Of a stretch of 64,000 nucleotides of DNA, positions 48,031-61,400 are shown in pieces (the first letter of the stretch is position 1; the number at the start of each line of letters is the position of its first letter). A model generated the notes under the pieces. The model searched no databases, had not been told where the DNA came from, and saw nothing but the letters and a program-made list of their open reading frames with translations. Source of the DNA: Lama glama. Its lineage: Eukaryota. The stretch is from the NCBI GenBank assembly GCA_028534125.1, contig CM052817.1, positions 6,636,001-6,700,000 of the forward strand, read 5' to 3'. Position numbers and translations under genes: made by a program.

Positions 48031-49142
48031 AGAGGCAGTAAGAAGCCTGGCCTAGTCAAAGACAAGTGAGAAATTTAGTGCAGGTGAGGATATGCAAAAA
48101 GGTAGAGAAGATTAATAAGAAATTAGTCTAGAGAGATGGGTGGGTCTTGGCTCATGGAGGGTCCTGCGTCTCAGACTAGACAGATGTGTATTGTGATCGG
48201 GTACCTTTGGGAGGTTTAAGCAGAGGAGTAACGTGGATTTGTGTTAGTTAAATATTCTTGTAGCAGTATTGATAGAATGGGTGTCTGATTTCAAGCACAA
48301 AGAATGGAGAGAAAAAAAAGTGAATCAAAAGATACATGGAGTCAACAGAGTTGGGTTTGAGATGTGAAGTCAAATTTGAACTCTGATAATTTTATAGATT
48401 TATATTTTAGATTTATGGTGGGCTCCTGTGATACATTGTATTGTCTTTGAGCAACTGGGTGTATGTTGGTGCCATCAACTAAGCTAAGGAATAGAGCTGG
48501 AGTAGACTTAAAGGTAAAAATAATTTCTGCACGTTGTTTTTGAGGTTGGTAAAGCTGGATGTAAGTGGTAATAAGTAGAAAACATAGACATGGAACAAAG
48601 GAGGCAGGACTACACTAAAGATAGACATTTAAGTCACTGGCAGAACATGACACTTGCTAAAGCCAAGAGGGTTAATTTTCCGTATAGAACTCACTGAATA
48701 AGAAAAGAAAATGACCGAGATAGATCCCCAAGTGAACAATATTTTAGAGGTGGTTCAAAAGCAAGAGGAGAATGAAGAATTCTGAAGGAGTCTGAGGTAT
48801 AAGAAGAGACAGAAAGGCAGGTGGTGTCTCAGAAATCAAAAGGAAGGAATTAAGAAAGAGTGGATGGTCCAGAACTTCAAATGCTGGGCACTGGAGATAC
48901 TGATGGCAAGCAAAACTTAGACATCTCCATTGCCCTGATGGAGTTTTACAGCTGAATGGAGAGATGGACACGAATCGAACAGTCACACGCACATAGGTAA
49001 TATTACTGCCATGGTAAATGCTGTGAAAACAGGGTGTAGGATGCTATAGTAACTGCTTTGGGGAAGTCCAACTTCATTTGACATATCAATAAAGACTTCT
49101 CCAAAGAAGTGAAATTTGAATTGAAATCTGAAGGATGGGTAG

Positions 49143-49534
49143 TCTTATGGGCTAAATGTATCCCCCAGGACTCACAGGTTGAAATCCTAACCCCCAGTAC
49201 CTCAGAATGTGACTGTATTTGGAGACAGTGCTGATAAAGAGGCAGTTGACTTAAAATAAGGTCATTGGAGTGAGTCCTAATCCAATACCACTGGTATCAT
49301 TTTAAGAAGAAGAGATTAGGACAGAGACACATGCGGAGGGAAGGCCGTGGGAAGACACAGGGAGAAGACGGTCATCCATCTACAAGCCAAGGAGAGAGGC
49401 TGCAGAAGAAATCAGGCCTGCAAACATCTTGATCTCAGACTTCTAGCCTCCAAAACTGTGAGAAAAGGAATTTCTGTTTTTTAAGCCCCACAGTTTCTGG
49501 TACTTGGTTATGGCAGCCCTCGCAGACTGACGCA
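49143..49534 (+). mobile_element. MaLR solo LTR (MLT1A0/B-like) within L2 remnants
   Basis: CCTAACCCCCAGTACCTCAGAATGTGACTGTATTTGGAGA, CTACAAGCCAAGGAGAGAGGC, CTTGATCTCAGACTTCTAGCCTCCA. Confidence 0.9.
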
Positions 49535-50567
49535 GGCAGGAATCCACCCACCAGAGTGGAATGATGAAGATAAGGAGATATGGAGGAAGTCAGTGGATGT
49601 TGGATGGGTACCATAAATAGGACCCAATGGGGATGAATTGGATGCTGGGAAGCAATTGTTGTGTATGGGAATATGGGTCATGGAAATGTTTACAGTGAGT
49701 GGTGGGCTGAATCCAGAATGCAAAGAGTTGGGAAGTTGAAGAGTGGATGAGAGAAGTGGAGGCTCTGATGAAGAGCGTGGTGCACACCTTCAGACGCTCA
49801 GTGGCAGGTGTTCAGCACCTGCTAGCTGGCAGGCACGGGCTGCACTATCCTTGTAAAATGGACAGAGGCTGCCCTCATGGAGCCTAGAGATAGTTCATGA
49901 AGTCAGATGTTGTACGTGCAACTACACCAGTAATTATTTACTGCTGTTGTAAGTCTTTTGTGGGAGAACTGTGTTACGATAACATATAATCAGACAAGGA
50001 GTAGAATGGGCTAGACTTTGGGTGGTCATTACTAAGGGAGGGAACTTATTATGGGGACACATCTGATGATTAAGATAAAGGAAAGGAACATCAACAAGTG
50101 ACGTTAGGGTGGAGATGGGAGGAGGCATTTGTAACCATGAACCTACCATGTTCAATGTCCCTGTGGGAAGGAAGGTCATTGGAGCAGGAAGCAAGAGCCC
50201 TGACGTTTGTCACCATGGAGCCCAGCAGAAACAGAGCCGGCTTTGCCTCTCTGAGCAGCGTGCATAGCCCCTTCCCACACCGCTTGCCTGGGGACAGCCA
50301 CTGGTACTGCTGGGCTGCTCCCGTCAAGGGCTGGCTCCCGGAGGACTTTGCATGAGGAGAGAGGCAGGGAGATGCTCAGGCAGTTGGGAAGTAGCAGCTC
50401 TCACGGTTGGAGGGGCCACCTGCCACTGCTCTGGGATCAGAGCAGGAAAGCCTTAAAGGGACAGTGTTTGTTCACTCAAAACATTTAAAGAAAGCCTGTT
50501 AGGGGAAAAGCACTAAGCTGGGCTCAGGGCCTTGGGTGGTCCCTGAAAGAGAGAAGGCGTTTGCTCT

Positions 50568-51025
50568 CTGTAGTAAGTTGTACTAATGCTTCTCCTTCCA
50601 AAGAGGGTGTCCATGTCCTAATCCTTGGTACCGTGAAGATGTAGTTATTCATAAATATTATCTTTGCTGATGTAATTTAGTTAAAACTCTCGGAAAGAGA
50701 TCCTGGATGTAGGGTAGACACTAAACCTAATGGTTGGCGTCCCTGTAAGAGAAAGGAGGGGGGATTTGAGACACCGAGACACAGACACAGAGCAGAAGGC
50801 CACGTGAGATGGACATTGGAGTTCACCTAGCCAAGGACAGGGACAGCCACCAGACACTGGAGAGAGTCCAGGAACAGAGTATCCCTCAGCCTCTAGAAGA
50901 AACCAGCACTGCTGACACTTCGATCTCAGACTCCGGCCACCAGAACTGGGAGACAATACACTTCTGTTGTTTGAAGCCACCCAGTGTGCGGTACTTTGTT
51001 ACAGCGGCCCTAGGAACGTAACACG
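50568..51025 (+). mobile_element. MaLR solo LTR (MLT1B/C-like)
   Basis: TGTCCATGTCCTAATCC.TGG, TCTTTGC.GATGTAATT.AGTTAA, AGAAGGCCACGTGA, CAGAACTG.GAGA.AATA.A.TTCTGTTGTTT.AAGCCACCCAGT. Confidence 0.9.
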
Positions 51026-51404
51026 CCCTCTAAGCTCACATTACTGGAGGAAACAGGTGAACAAACAAATAAATGTCAACATACGCACTGATCCTTGATA
51101 CCTCGTATTTAAGAGCTAACCCTAGAATATGATAGAGACTGAGGGGAGGGGCAGGCACTGCTTGGAAGGAGATCCTCCAGGAAGTATCGCCTCTAAGGAA
51201 GTGACATCTGGGCAGACACCTGCAGGGTGAAAGTAAGCAGTTCTGGGGAAGACATTCTAGGAGGCGGTGATAGCACAGAGAGACGTCCTGAGTGTGGGAG
51301 GGTGAGATGTGTTCAAGGAATAGAAAGAAGAGTGGGGCCAGAGCCCGTGAGGAGCCTGGAGACAGCTACCAGGCACTTGGAGGCCACGGTACAGAGTCTG
51401 AATT

Positions 51405-51835
51405 TTGGAGATTGCCATACTAAGTGAAGTAAGCCAAAAAAAGAGAAAAAAATACCATAGGATATCATTTATATGTGGAATCTAAAAACAATGAGACAAA
51501 TGAACTTATTTACAAAACAGAAACAGACTCACAAACATAGAAAACAAACTTGTGGTTACCAAGGGGAAAGGGGGAGGATCGAAGGATAAATTGGAAGTTT
51601 GGGACTTGCAGATACTAACCACTATATATAAAAAAGATAAACAACACGGTCCTACTGTAGAGCACAGAGAACTATATTCAATACCTTGTAACAGTTTATA
51701 ATGAAAAAGAATCTGAAAAGGAATACATACATGGATAACTGAATCACTGTGCTGTACACCAGAAGCTAACACATCATAAACCGACTATACTTCAACTTAA
51801 AAAATTTAAAATGAATGATGCCATTAAAAAATAAA
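51405..51835 (+). mobile_element. Young L1 3' end
   Basis: ATACTAAGTGAAGTAAGCC...ATGAACTTATTTACAAAACAGAAACAGACTCAC...GACTATACTTCAA followed by an A-rich tail. Confidence 0.95.
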
Positions 51836-52409
51836 GAACAAAGGGAGTCCTTTCAAAAGGGAAAGGGGAAGAGAGTCTAAGCTGGGGGAAAGTCCTGAAA
51901 ATGCAGAATCAGCATTGGTAGAGCCAACAGGAATCACAGAGAAACAGCAGCTTTATTTCCCCAGATGTGCTCGTGACTGGGGACGATTGTCATCTGCCCA
52001 GAGATGTCACAACCAGGTCTCTCCTGGCCACTCTTCAAGCCCCCACGTAAGCATGATGCTGTGTGCCAAGACACTAACTAAACTGCATTAAGTAAAAGTG
52101 GAGACATGCACAGCAACGATGGCCAAACAGTAATGGTGAAAATGTGACCGGTTAACTCTTCTCTTGGAAAATTCAAAATAGAATCCTGGGGCGTATATAT
52201 TTACAAACACGGGTAGAGTGATTGTATGGCTTCATGCTTATCTTCTGGGGTCAATGTCAATATCACGATTGCCTTTCGTGGGCGACAGAGTTGGAGTAAG
52301 AATTAGCAAAGACTTGCCCTGGTTGTCCATGAGGATGACAATAACTTGGCAGAGGAAGAAAGCAATGAATATTTTTGGTTGACCGTCCTGCATACCAGGC
52401 ATTATGCTG

Positions 52410-52570
52410 GATATTTTACCTTCCATAATCCTAGCAAGTTGGCATCATTATAGATATTCTGCACCCAAAGAATCTGACCCTCAGAGGGGTTAGGTGATTT
52501 GTCCCAAGTCACCCAGAATGGAGCCGGTAAGCCCAGGCTAGCAGGAGCCCAGAACTCTTGTCCTTCCCTG
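52410..52570 (-). mobile_element. MIR fragment
   Basis: CTCAGAGGGGTTAGGTGATTTGTCCCAAGTCACCCAG. Confidence 0.6.
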
Positions 52571-53299
52571 GAACTAGGCTGTATTTCCCTTCGGGCCAAG
52601 GGGAAGATCGCGACTCATTGGACCCCAAATCAGTCACCCCCACACAAACGCCACTTTCCTCCCCTGTCAAGTGGAGAGTCTGGACCCGATGGCTGAAGAG
52701 AGGCATTGCTCGGGTGCGTGGACTCCGAGAGCTCTCTTGTCCGTCCTGCCTGCGCTGATCCACTTCCCACGCTCAGTATGCAAAATGAAGCATGTTCATT
52801 CTCTAACTGCTCTCGAGGTTGTAATTCTTATCTTTATTGCTACCCCTGCAAGGAGGAGTAAATCCTGCTGAGGGTATTTTTGTTGGCTTTTTCTCTCCTT
52901 CAAAGTTAATCGAGTTAACTTCCATGCAATTTTTTTTTTTTTACAGAGTAAATTTCCAACTACCTTTAACTACAAATTAGTCATCACATCGGGCTTTTCG
53001 GGGTTATATTAAGTCATTCGTCATAGATGCTGCTGATAATAGTTAGCTTAGGCTAAATGTTTCCTTGTTCAGGGAATTTATCACATCCTGTGCTTGCCAA
53101 GCCTGCGAAAATAAAAGGCAGCGAGGGTGTGAACCTGTTCATAGGAAGCAAAGATAATAAATGTGAAAGAGCTGGAAAAACTGTAAAGGCTCCTGTAGTT
53201 GGGACAACTGGTTATTATTGTTGTTAAATCACTCTTTGGCATGTTGTGCCCCTGAATGATGAAAGGGGCAACTAGGAAGTTCCTGCAGGTCCATGAGTA

Positions 53300-53500
53300 A
53301 ATGGGGGCTGTGTACAAAGACAGGCTTTCATGTCTGGGAGCCAAGGCTTCCTCTGACCTTGGGCAAGTCGCCTGCACTCCCCCCACGTCAGGCTCCCTGC
53401 TGGCCAAGTGCAAATTGAAACCTCTACCCCATAGGGCTGTTGTCAGATTTAAATGAAACTGTGCTTGTGAAACACGAGCCCCCTGATGCCTGGACCATGG
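53300..53500 (+). mobile_element. MIR fragment
   Basis: TGACCTTGGGCAAGTC, CCTCTACCCCATAGGGCTGTTGT.AGATTTAAATGA. Confidence 0.7.
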
Positions 53501-54369
53501 CTTTCTGTAGATTTTGTCTTCCTCTCCCTCAAGGCACGTGTCTAGGAGGAAGCAACAGCTGGATTCACCTGCACTGACCACGTCACACCTCACATATAGC
53601 GTGTGGGCTACAGATGTCTGTCGAGTGAGTGTGAGGGTCCCTGTATGTATAATACCCATTGAATAAAATAATGCATACACAAACTGATTTTTATCAATAA
53701 CTCTGTCTTTGTACTTGGACTCCAGGGGACGGGGCAGACGTTTAGTGGGGTAGGGGCTGGTCCCTTCGATGCATTTTCTCTTTGAATAATAACCTCATCA
53801 CTCTAGCAGGTTGGGGTTGTTAATTCCCATTTTAAAAGTAAGAGAATAAAGACTCAGAGATTAGGAATTTTAGGTAAAACAAAAGTACATAAATTGCCTC
53901 AGTTTCTCTAAAAGCAAATCCTCAGTAAGGGCTTTTTAATGAATAAACACTTAATTGGTTACGTAGTCTAGGTTAGAAAACTATGTTTAATCTTCTGGTG
54001 GCTGTGTTTACTATCACTGCTGCTACTACTATCATCGTCATTGTCACCAGTCTGGCACCCTCATTCTCAATTGGGCAAAGGAATGTGAATTTGTTCATTT
54101 CAAGGACACCTGACCCTCCACAAGAGTTGGTACCACTCAGACTCCTTTAACCAAAGGCAAGTGATCTTGTCCCGCCTGAGCATCTCCGTGGCCCTCTGGT
54201 CCCTCAGTGTCTAGGCTGCGGCAGAAGTCAGAGGAGCAGCAGGGTACACATGGCGACTGTACCAGAGAGAGAACACCGAGTCCCAGTGCAAAAAGCCTGC
54301 TGGGCACACAGTGACCCCGTGGGGCTGGGACTGTCCCTAGCACACGTGGGAGTGTGGTCAGCCGAGGTA

Positions 54370-54570
54370 GACAGGTTGAGGTGCAGAGCCCAAAGCCTGG
54401 GCTTTGTGGTCAGGAATATCTGGGTTCAATTCCAGCCTCCTTGAACTTGAGACATGGGCAAATATCATGGCGTCTCCAAGGCTGTATCAATAATGAGGGT
54501 GTATCACACACTTTGTACGGCTCTGGCGAGGATTAAATTCAAGCGCACGTGTGGAGAGCTCGCTGAGGGG
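54370..54570 (+). mobile_element. MIR fragment
   Basis: GGCTTTG.GGTCAG, TCTGGGTTCAA.TCCAGC.TC, GAC.TGGGCAA, GAGGATTAAAT. Confidence 0.6.
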
Positions 54571-55025
54571 TCGGCCTCCCGGCCCGCCCTGGGTGGGCTG
54601 CACCTGCTCCACTTATTGGTCCTCGGTCCTGCGAAGGGGCGGAGGCTCTGGGGGGGCGGGGTGTCGGCCTCAGCCTCCTGACTGCCAGTGTTGTGTTTCT
54701 CCTACTAGGACTGCAAGGCGCCCTCAGAAATAACAGAAAGCTTCAAAAGAAACGAGGTTTACTCCCTACAGGTCCTGGAATTTCCTCGGCACACGGGGCG
54801 GGAGGGGGGGGGGCCGCACAGCGAGGCCGCAGGTAGAGAGGGACAGAGCAAGGCCTCACGTTCTACTTTCATTGGCGGGGGGTGCTGATGTTTCCTGGGC
54901 TCACTGTTAATCGGTGAATTTAAAGCAAAAGGAGAGAAAAACACTGGGCGCACAAGGTCAGTTACTTAACTCAACGGAGGTCCTACAACAGGGGAGCCTG
55001 GCTGGGGGGAGGGACGCCCGGCTCT
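54560..55025. promoter_or_regulatory. GC/CpG-rich patch with GC boxes (possible promoter or enhancer)
   Basis: About 25 CpG in ~470 bp by eye; GGGGCGGAGG, GGGGCGGGG, GGGGCGGGAGG; ATTGG near 54871. Confidence 0.4.
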
Positions 55026-55949
55026 TCATCTAGTCCTGTGACTGGCCGTGTGTTTTAAGAAAGTCTTCTTTGAAATGGATGCTGAAGTAAATGCCTTGAC
55101 AGTCAAAGCTTGCACCACAAAGGGCTTTGTGGGAGTTGTCCAGAGTTACACAGAGGCAGAACTCGCGCAAGGGACGAGGTCTGCAGAGTCCCTCAGGTTC
55201 TGTGTCCGTCGTGAAGTGATGCTCTGTTTTTGCTTTTTTGTTTTTTTTAATCACTAGCCACTAACACAGTGTTTGGAATGTAGCAGGTGCTTGTGAAATG
55301 GATGCTTTCATGCTAACAGTACCCTTTATCATGAGGTTCCACTTCACTTACTCATTCATCAAGGGTTTATTAGACCCTTCCTATTTCCCAGTCCCTGAGC
55401 GGTGGCCGGGGGATACATCGGTGATGAGTAACAGACAGGCATCCTCGCCTTCATGGAGCTGACACTTCACGAAGCTCACACTTCCCAGATTAACACGGTA
55501 TAGGTTGTTTCAGAGGCTGGTTTCTCTAAACCTGCTCTTCACCACTTTTACTCCAAGAACAATTTTCATTCCCTCCTTTGCCCTTAGCAGTGTCACTCAG
55601 CAGAAATGGTTCTTAAACACCCAACAAGATGAAACACATGGCTTCTCTTCTTTTGATGAATACACAACAGCACTTTTTAAATCTATTTTTGAGCACAACA
55701 TCTTTTCTTTGTGCAAACAAATTTTGTATATACTGGTTCAAAGCAAAGAACAACTAAAGCATGAAAAGAAGAAGCTTTGTCTTCATATTTCAAATGGTTC
55801 AGAAAAACCTTAGCTCTTTTTTTTTTTAAAAAGCCACAGTGATGCCTATTTCCCATGAAGTGTTGCTTCTTAAACTAATCACACAAGGCAGCTGCTTTAA
55901 GTCATAAAACTGCATAAATATTACTATAGCCTGCACATTTAAAAAGAGA

Positions 55950-57130
55950 TCAATTGGTCAACTGATGTATAGTAAGTGCCTACTATGTGCAAGGCAATGT
56001 TCTCGGTATTGGTGCAAACAAGAGAGACATAATCTTCATCCTTCAAGAATTTACATTCTAGAGGAAGAAACAGAAAATAAACATGTAAAGAAAAATGTTA
56101 TGAGGATTGTGTTAGGTCATAATATGTGGTTTTCAAAAGAGATAATTGATCTGTGTGTTAAAAGGTAACTGAGGGTGTCACTTTAGCTAGAAGTGGGCTG
56201 CTCTGAGATGGCATTTGACAGAATGAGGAGATTATCATGGGAAGATCTGAGACAGAGGATTCCAAATAGAGGAACAGCAGATACAAAGGTCCAGAAGTGA
56301 ATGCCCTTGATAAGCTGTTCTGGGGACAGTAGGAAGGTCAGTGTGGCTGGCGGCTAGAGATAAGGAAGAATGTGACCAGAGATGAAGATCAGGAGAGGGA
56401 CAAGGGCCATGTCGGGAAGGGCCTCGTAGGACAGAGTAAAGAACTGGGGGCCGTGGCATTGTGCAGGGAAGATTATTACACTGGCTGTCTCCACAGCTCC
56501 CTCTGGCTCCTGCGTGGAGAGCAGCCTCAGGCCACAAGCACGGAGGTGAGGCTACCCATGCAGATGATGGCTCTGAACCTGGGTGATGGACAATGCTGAC
56601 CTGGATTCAGGTTTCAGTGGTAAAGGTGACAAGAAAAAGACAGGGTTGGGGAAGCATTTTGGAAGAAAAGCTCATAGAACTTGCTGGTGGGTCAGCCTGA
56701 GGCAGGGGTAAAGGAAGAAAATCAAGAATTGCTCCAAGTCTGGGGCTTTAGTAACTGGGTTGATGCTGGTGTCATTTGCTGAGTCATGGAGGCTCAGGGG
56801 AGAGTGGATTTTGGTAGCGGCAGGAGTGATGTGGGGAAACAAGGGTTCTGTTCTGGGCCAAGTTTTAGACCCTACTGGGTTGTTAAGTGTACATACCAAG
56901 TAGGAAGTTATACACATGAGCCTGGAACTAGAGAAGTTATCAGGGCTAGAATTGTAAATTTGCAAACCTTCTTGTATCTATGTATTTAAAGACAGGAAAT
57001 TGCATGCCATCACCTGAGAAAGAGTGCAGCTAGGGGAGAACAGACATTTGCAGACAGAATTCTAGATGTTCCAAAATTTAAAGATCTGACAGAGGGGTAA
57101 GAGACAGCATGAAAAGCTAAAAAGAACAGA
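55950..57130 (-). mobile_element. L2a, ~1.2 kb
   Basis: TAAGTGCCTACTATGTGC.AGGCA, TTACATTCTAG, TTCCA..TAGAGGAACAGCA..TACAAAGG.CC, CAGTGTGGCTGG, GGGCTAGA.TTGTAAATTTG. Confidence 0.85.
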
Positions 57131-57689
57131 GGAAAAACATGTAGGGGACACATTCTTCTTGCCCCTGCTCCAACCTCAGCTACTCAGTTCAGCATGTCCA
57201 GATCTCCTAGTTCTGGTGGGTTTCCATCTTGGTTGATAGTCTTGTAAACTTCTAGGTCCACTTCTAATTTGGGATCTTCATCCTAAACACCTACATTGAA
57301 GATTCAGGGCCTTAAGATACTTGAAGATGCATCGCCAGGGTCAGAATCACAGGCTTCCATATATCGGACAGGAAACAAAACAAAGCAAAAGACTGTCTAT
57401 GAAAACTGGAAATTCTCTTGTTAGATTCATTCATTTTTTTCATCCAACAGATGGCTTCTGTGTATACTCTGGGGCAAGCGGGGACTTCGGTTTTAATCTT
57501 AGGGTCTGTTCTGATCCTGGTGCCCAGATGGGAGAGGTGATGTCTCATAGGTGAAAGGCCATGGATCTCCTGAAGACGTATCTGGAACAAAGTGCCTTAT
57601 GGTGCCTGTCACAGACTGGTATACTAATTTGACCACATGTGTCTCCCTCTTCCAGGCTGCTAGTTTCTCACAGAATAGAAGCCGTATGT

Positions 57690-57930
57690 CAATAATAAGA
57701 ATAACAAAAATGATGAAACAACCAGCACTAGTGGAGGGTTACCTCTGCGCCGGGCACCGTGCAATGCGGAGCTCTACTCACTCCTCAGAACACACCGCAG
57801 AGGCAGGTGTTGTCGTCTCCCCTTTTCAGATGATTAAACTTAGGCTTACAAGGTTGATTACCTTCTCAAGGTCATATGGCAAGAAAACGGCCAAATTATA
57901 AATTGAATTTAAATTTCTTGACTCCAAGCC
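57690..57930 (-). mobile_element. MIR SINE
   Basis: TCTCCCCTTTTCAGATGA..AAACT.AGGCT, CAAGGTCA. Confidence 0.65.
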
Positions 57931-57959
57931 TCCGGGTGATTTAAGCATTGGCTTGAATA

Positions 57960-58100
57960 TAGGCTGAGAGTCAACAAACCTTGGAATCTTGTTAAAAATG
58001 CACATTCTGACTCAGCAGGTCCAAGCTGGGGCCTGACGTCTGCCTTTTTACCTGACGCCCAGGTGAGGCTGGTGCTGCCCGTCCTTGGACCACTGCTTGA
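57960..58100. mobile_element. MER5B-like MITE
   Basis: CTTGTTAAAAATGCA.ATTCTGA.TCAG.AGGTC...TGGGGCCTGA...CAGGTGA.GCTG.TGCTGC...GGACCAC. Confidence 0.75.
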
Positions 58101-59252
58101 GGACTTTAAGAGTCTATGCTGTACTCCCCCTTGTGACCTGTCTGTCATATCACGGGTGTTTGGCAAATGCACACTGAGAGAATGAACATGGTAAGACGGG
58201 ACAGTGAATAAGTCTTCCGTTCTGCTTAGGGAAACTCAGATCTAAAGTTCCGATCTGACCCCTACATTTCTTACCTCCCAAGTAAGGAAGGAGCAATTTC
58301 AGTTCTCCTGTCTTTGTAATTGGGTTATTATGTAAGGCTGAGCAAAACTACAATTCAATCACATTTTGGCTCAAACTTAAATATAGAAATGAAAGAAATC
58401 TTGAATTGGGTCAGGCATCTTCCAGTCTGTACCTTTGTGTATAAGATGAAGGGGAACTTCACCCAGCTTTCTCAGGCTTCACCATAAATTACATTTTGTG
58501 TGTGTGCAGGGCAATTTTTTTCCTGCAGTATTTTTCTCTTTGCTAAACCTGAAGTCCTTACGGCCTTATCTCCCTTTTTCTCAAGCAGCTCATAACATAG
58601 GCTACGTTTCCTCTGCTTTATAAAGGAAGGTATAGGAAGCACAGATAACTTAAGGGATTTGTCTAAGGTCACACTGGGAACCTGAGGTGAAAGAAGAAAG
58701 TAGACTCCATGCTCCTGATTCTCAGCCCAGGACTTTATCTCCTTGACCACGCTGTTCTGTGCGACATGCATTCTTGCCCAAAGAAACAGAATGCTGATCA
58801 AAGAGATGAAATTAACAACCTTAAAAACTTGTTAAAAAAGGTTTCTGAGAAATAGTTACTGGCAAAACTCTACTATACCATTCCCCTGAATTCACATGGG
58901 GGCACTCAATGCTCTACCATGTCATTGTGGGTGGACTTCAAAGTGACCCTTCAGCTTTCACCTGCCCATTGACCTGTGGGTAAGAGTGATTCTCCATCCT
59001 TCTAACCAGTGCCATGGAGCTTAAAAAAGGGCTGTAATAACAGAATGGTGGACGCATGATGGGCTGTTTAAGAAGACATTCCGTCCAAGTTGGAGGTGTG
59101 CATTTGACCCTTTAAAGGTGGTCCAGAGGTACCAAGACAGTCTGTCAGAGAAGTTGGACTCCGCCACGCTCTGTGCTGAGTCCTTCTCTCTTAGTTTCTC
59201 TTCTGCCTTTGCTTTTTGTTGGGGGGGTTAATTTGTTGTTTTTATCACATGT

Positions 59253-59287
59253 TACACACACACACACATATATATATATATATGTAT
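59253..59287. repeat. Compound (CA)n(TA)n microsatellite
   Basis: Directly visible alternating purine-pyrimidine tract. Confidence 0.9.
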
Positions 59288-60229
59288 CTGTACTTATACG
59301 TACACACACATCATAAGCCACGCATATGTATATGGTGTGTACACTAGACACCGTACCTGTGAACCCAGTATGCTGATCTACTTACCTCTTCTTTTTCTAG
59401 TCCCTTAGATTTTATTTGATTTTTACCCACCATTTCCCCTTGTAGAAGCTTCTTCTCATGGTTTTGTTCTTGGCCCACAATCTCACTTCATAACTGGCTG
59501 GAGAACACATACTCACATACGGAGCCTTGAGGTCGGCTCACTGGCATCAGTGTGAGTGCAGAGCTCTGTGGTCCTGCCCACCTCCTGCCTGCCTCGCTCC
59601 CCGGGGCTGCTTGTGAGTGGACGGGTTTGAAACTCTCTGGTCGGGTAGAGCTGGAGGGGCAGCTCTCCCTTGCCCGGTGATAAGCATCAAAGATTAAACA
59701 CACTAACTGGATACACAGGCCAACCAGGGGCAGGTGGATCTGGAGACCGAGAGCAAAATCAGGCCCAAGGGAGACCGTCAAGGGTCATAGCAGGCTTGCC
59801 AAACCCACTGGCAGAATCATGGGCCCAAAAATGAAGATTGAAGCAAAATATCAGAAGCCAGGTTAACACAGAACAAAGCAGGAGACGTGAGTGAGAGCGG
59901 GTTCAAGGCCGGGGCATTTGGGACCAGGGCCGGAACTCCACTGCACGGGGGCCAGCCAGGTGGGGTACTGGGCTAGCCTGGGGTGGAAGCACGGCACCTC
60001 AGCACGGCTGTGAACTCCTGAGAAAGGCGGATATGTTCACTATCTTATACCTGCCACATCAATTAGCAAAGTTCTTAGCATCCGGAGAGAGCCCCATGCT
60101 TTTTGCCATCTCTCTCATACAGATTCTGCTTCAGGTATAAAGCCTACTTTTGTTCTGAGAAAATGCTGCAAGACCTGGTCTCAGTGGGAAGATGGGTTCT
60201 GTTAGCTGACGTGACACAAGGTGATTTCG

Positions 60230-60460
60230 GGCAGCAGTCACCACGTGGTCTCGGGTTCATCTTCCCAGGTGTGACTCTAGCCCCGCCACTTGCAAGCTGT
60301 GTGACTTGAGAAGGTTACTTCACCTCCCTGTGCTTCCATTTCCTTCAGGTGCAAAGGGGAACACGTCAGTCCCTGCCTCTCGGGCTACCGGCAGCTGTAA
60401 ATGGGTACAAAGCTCTCAGAGCAGCGCCCGGTGCTTAGGAGGAGCTACATTTACTCACTA
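60230..60460 (+). mobile_element. MIR SINE
   Basis: GCCACTTGC.AGCTGTGTGACTTGAG.AGGTTACTTCACCTC.CTGTGC.TC..TTTCC. Confidence 0.7.
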
Positions 60461-60488
60461 CAGCTCAGTAGAGGCCGTGTCGGTCTGG

Positions 60489-60600
60489 GTTGACCCTTGA
60501 ACCACGTGGATTTGAACTGCGTGGGTCCACTTAACATGTGGATTGTTTCAGCAGTAAATACTGTAGTGCTACACCGCCTGGTTGGTTCAATCCACAGATA
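60489..60600 (+). mobile_element. Tigger2a-like DNA transposon 5' end
   Basis: GTTGACCCTTGAAC.AC..GG.TTTGAACTGCG.GGGTCCACTTA...GTGGATT. Confidence 0.75.
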
Positions 60601-60639
60601 TGACAGAGAGGAAGCTTGGAATGGAGGAACGAGGGGTGT

Positions 60640-60792
60640 CGGGAGAGACAAAGACAGAGTCTGGGAATACGATAAAGCAAATACAATAAAATATTAAAAG
60701 CTGGTGGATCTGGTAAAAAGGATATACGTAACTTTTCTATACGTGTCTTGCAACTATTCTGTTCATTTGAAGTTATTTCAAAATAAAAAGTA
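60640..60792 (+). mobile_element. Old L1 3' terminus
   Basis: GATAAAGCAAAT, TCTTGCAACT.TTCTGT..ATTTGAA.TTATTTCAAAATAAAAAGT. Confidence 0.7.
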
Positions 60793-60949
60793 AAGAGAGG
60801 GAGAGAGATTTGTATGCAGTTGTGCAGCTGTTAAGCTGTGTGTGCAAGGCTGGCTCCACATCTGATCCTAAAGTGCAAAGTTTACAGGGAGTACAGTCAG
60901 GGAGGAGGGATCACCAGGAGACTGGGGAGGAGTCCCACGGGTTCATGTC

Positions 60950-61400
60950 AGGATTAGGAGACCGTGAAATTGTCTTGTATTTATTCTCCTTCGTCGGACA
61001 CGAAGGCAGGGTAAACTGGCATCTCCTCAGCTGCCCAGAGCGTGAGGAGGTGCTCAGTGAAGCCATGAAGGACCCAGGCTCTTCTAGTTTCTACTCCACG
61101 ATGCGTAGCACGTAGTTCTCACCCTCCGGGTTACGAGATGGCTGTGCTGCACCCGGCCGCTGGTTCCATGCTCCAGGCAGAAAGAAAGCGGTGATAAGGA
61201 AGAAGGCAAGTTCCTACAGCTGGAGGACAAAGGCTTTCTTAAAACTCAACAGGAGACCACAGTTCATGTGTCATTGCTCAGAACACTATGGAAAGTCTAC
61301 GCCTACCGTCAGGGAAGGCTGTGAATTGGGGTTTGGAGGGTATGTCTTCCTGTGGACGTGCTACTGGTCCGAACAAAATTAGCGCTCTGCTAGAGAAGCG
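60950..61400 (-). mobile_element. Old MaLR LTR (MLT1J/L-like)
   Basis: CAT.AAGGACCCAGGCTC.TCT, AGATGGCTG, TCCAGGCAG.AAGAA, TCATTG..CAGAAC. Confidence 0.55.

Noticed and set aside
53081..53680. 199-aa minus-strand ORF
   Set aside because: Runs through an antisense MIR (HLNLTTAL..., TCPRS are typical MIR translations); no protein similarity recognised
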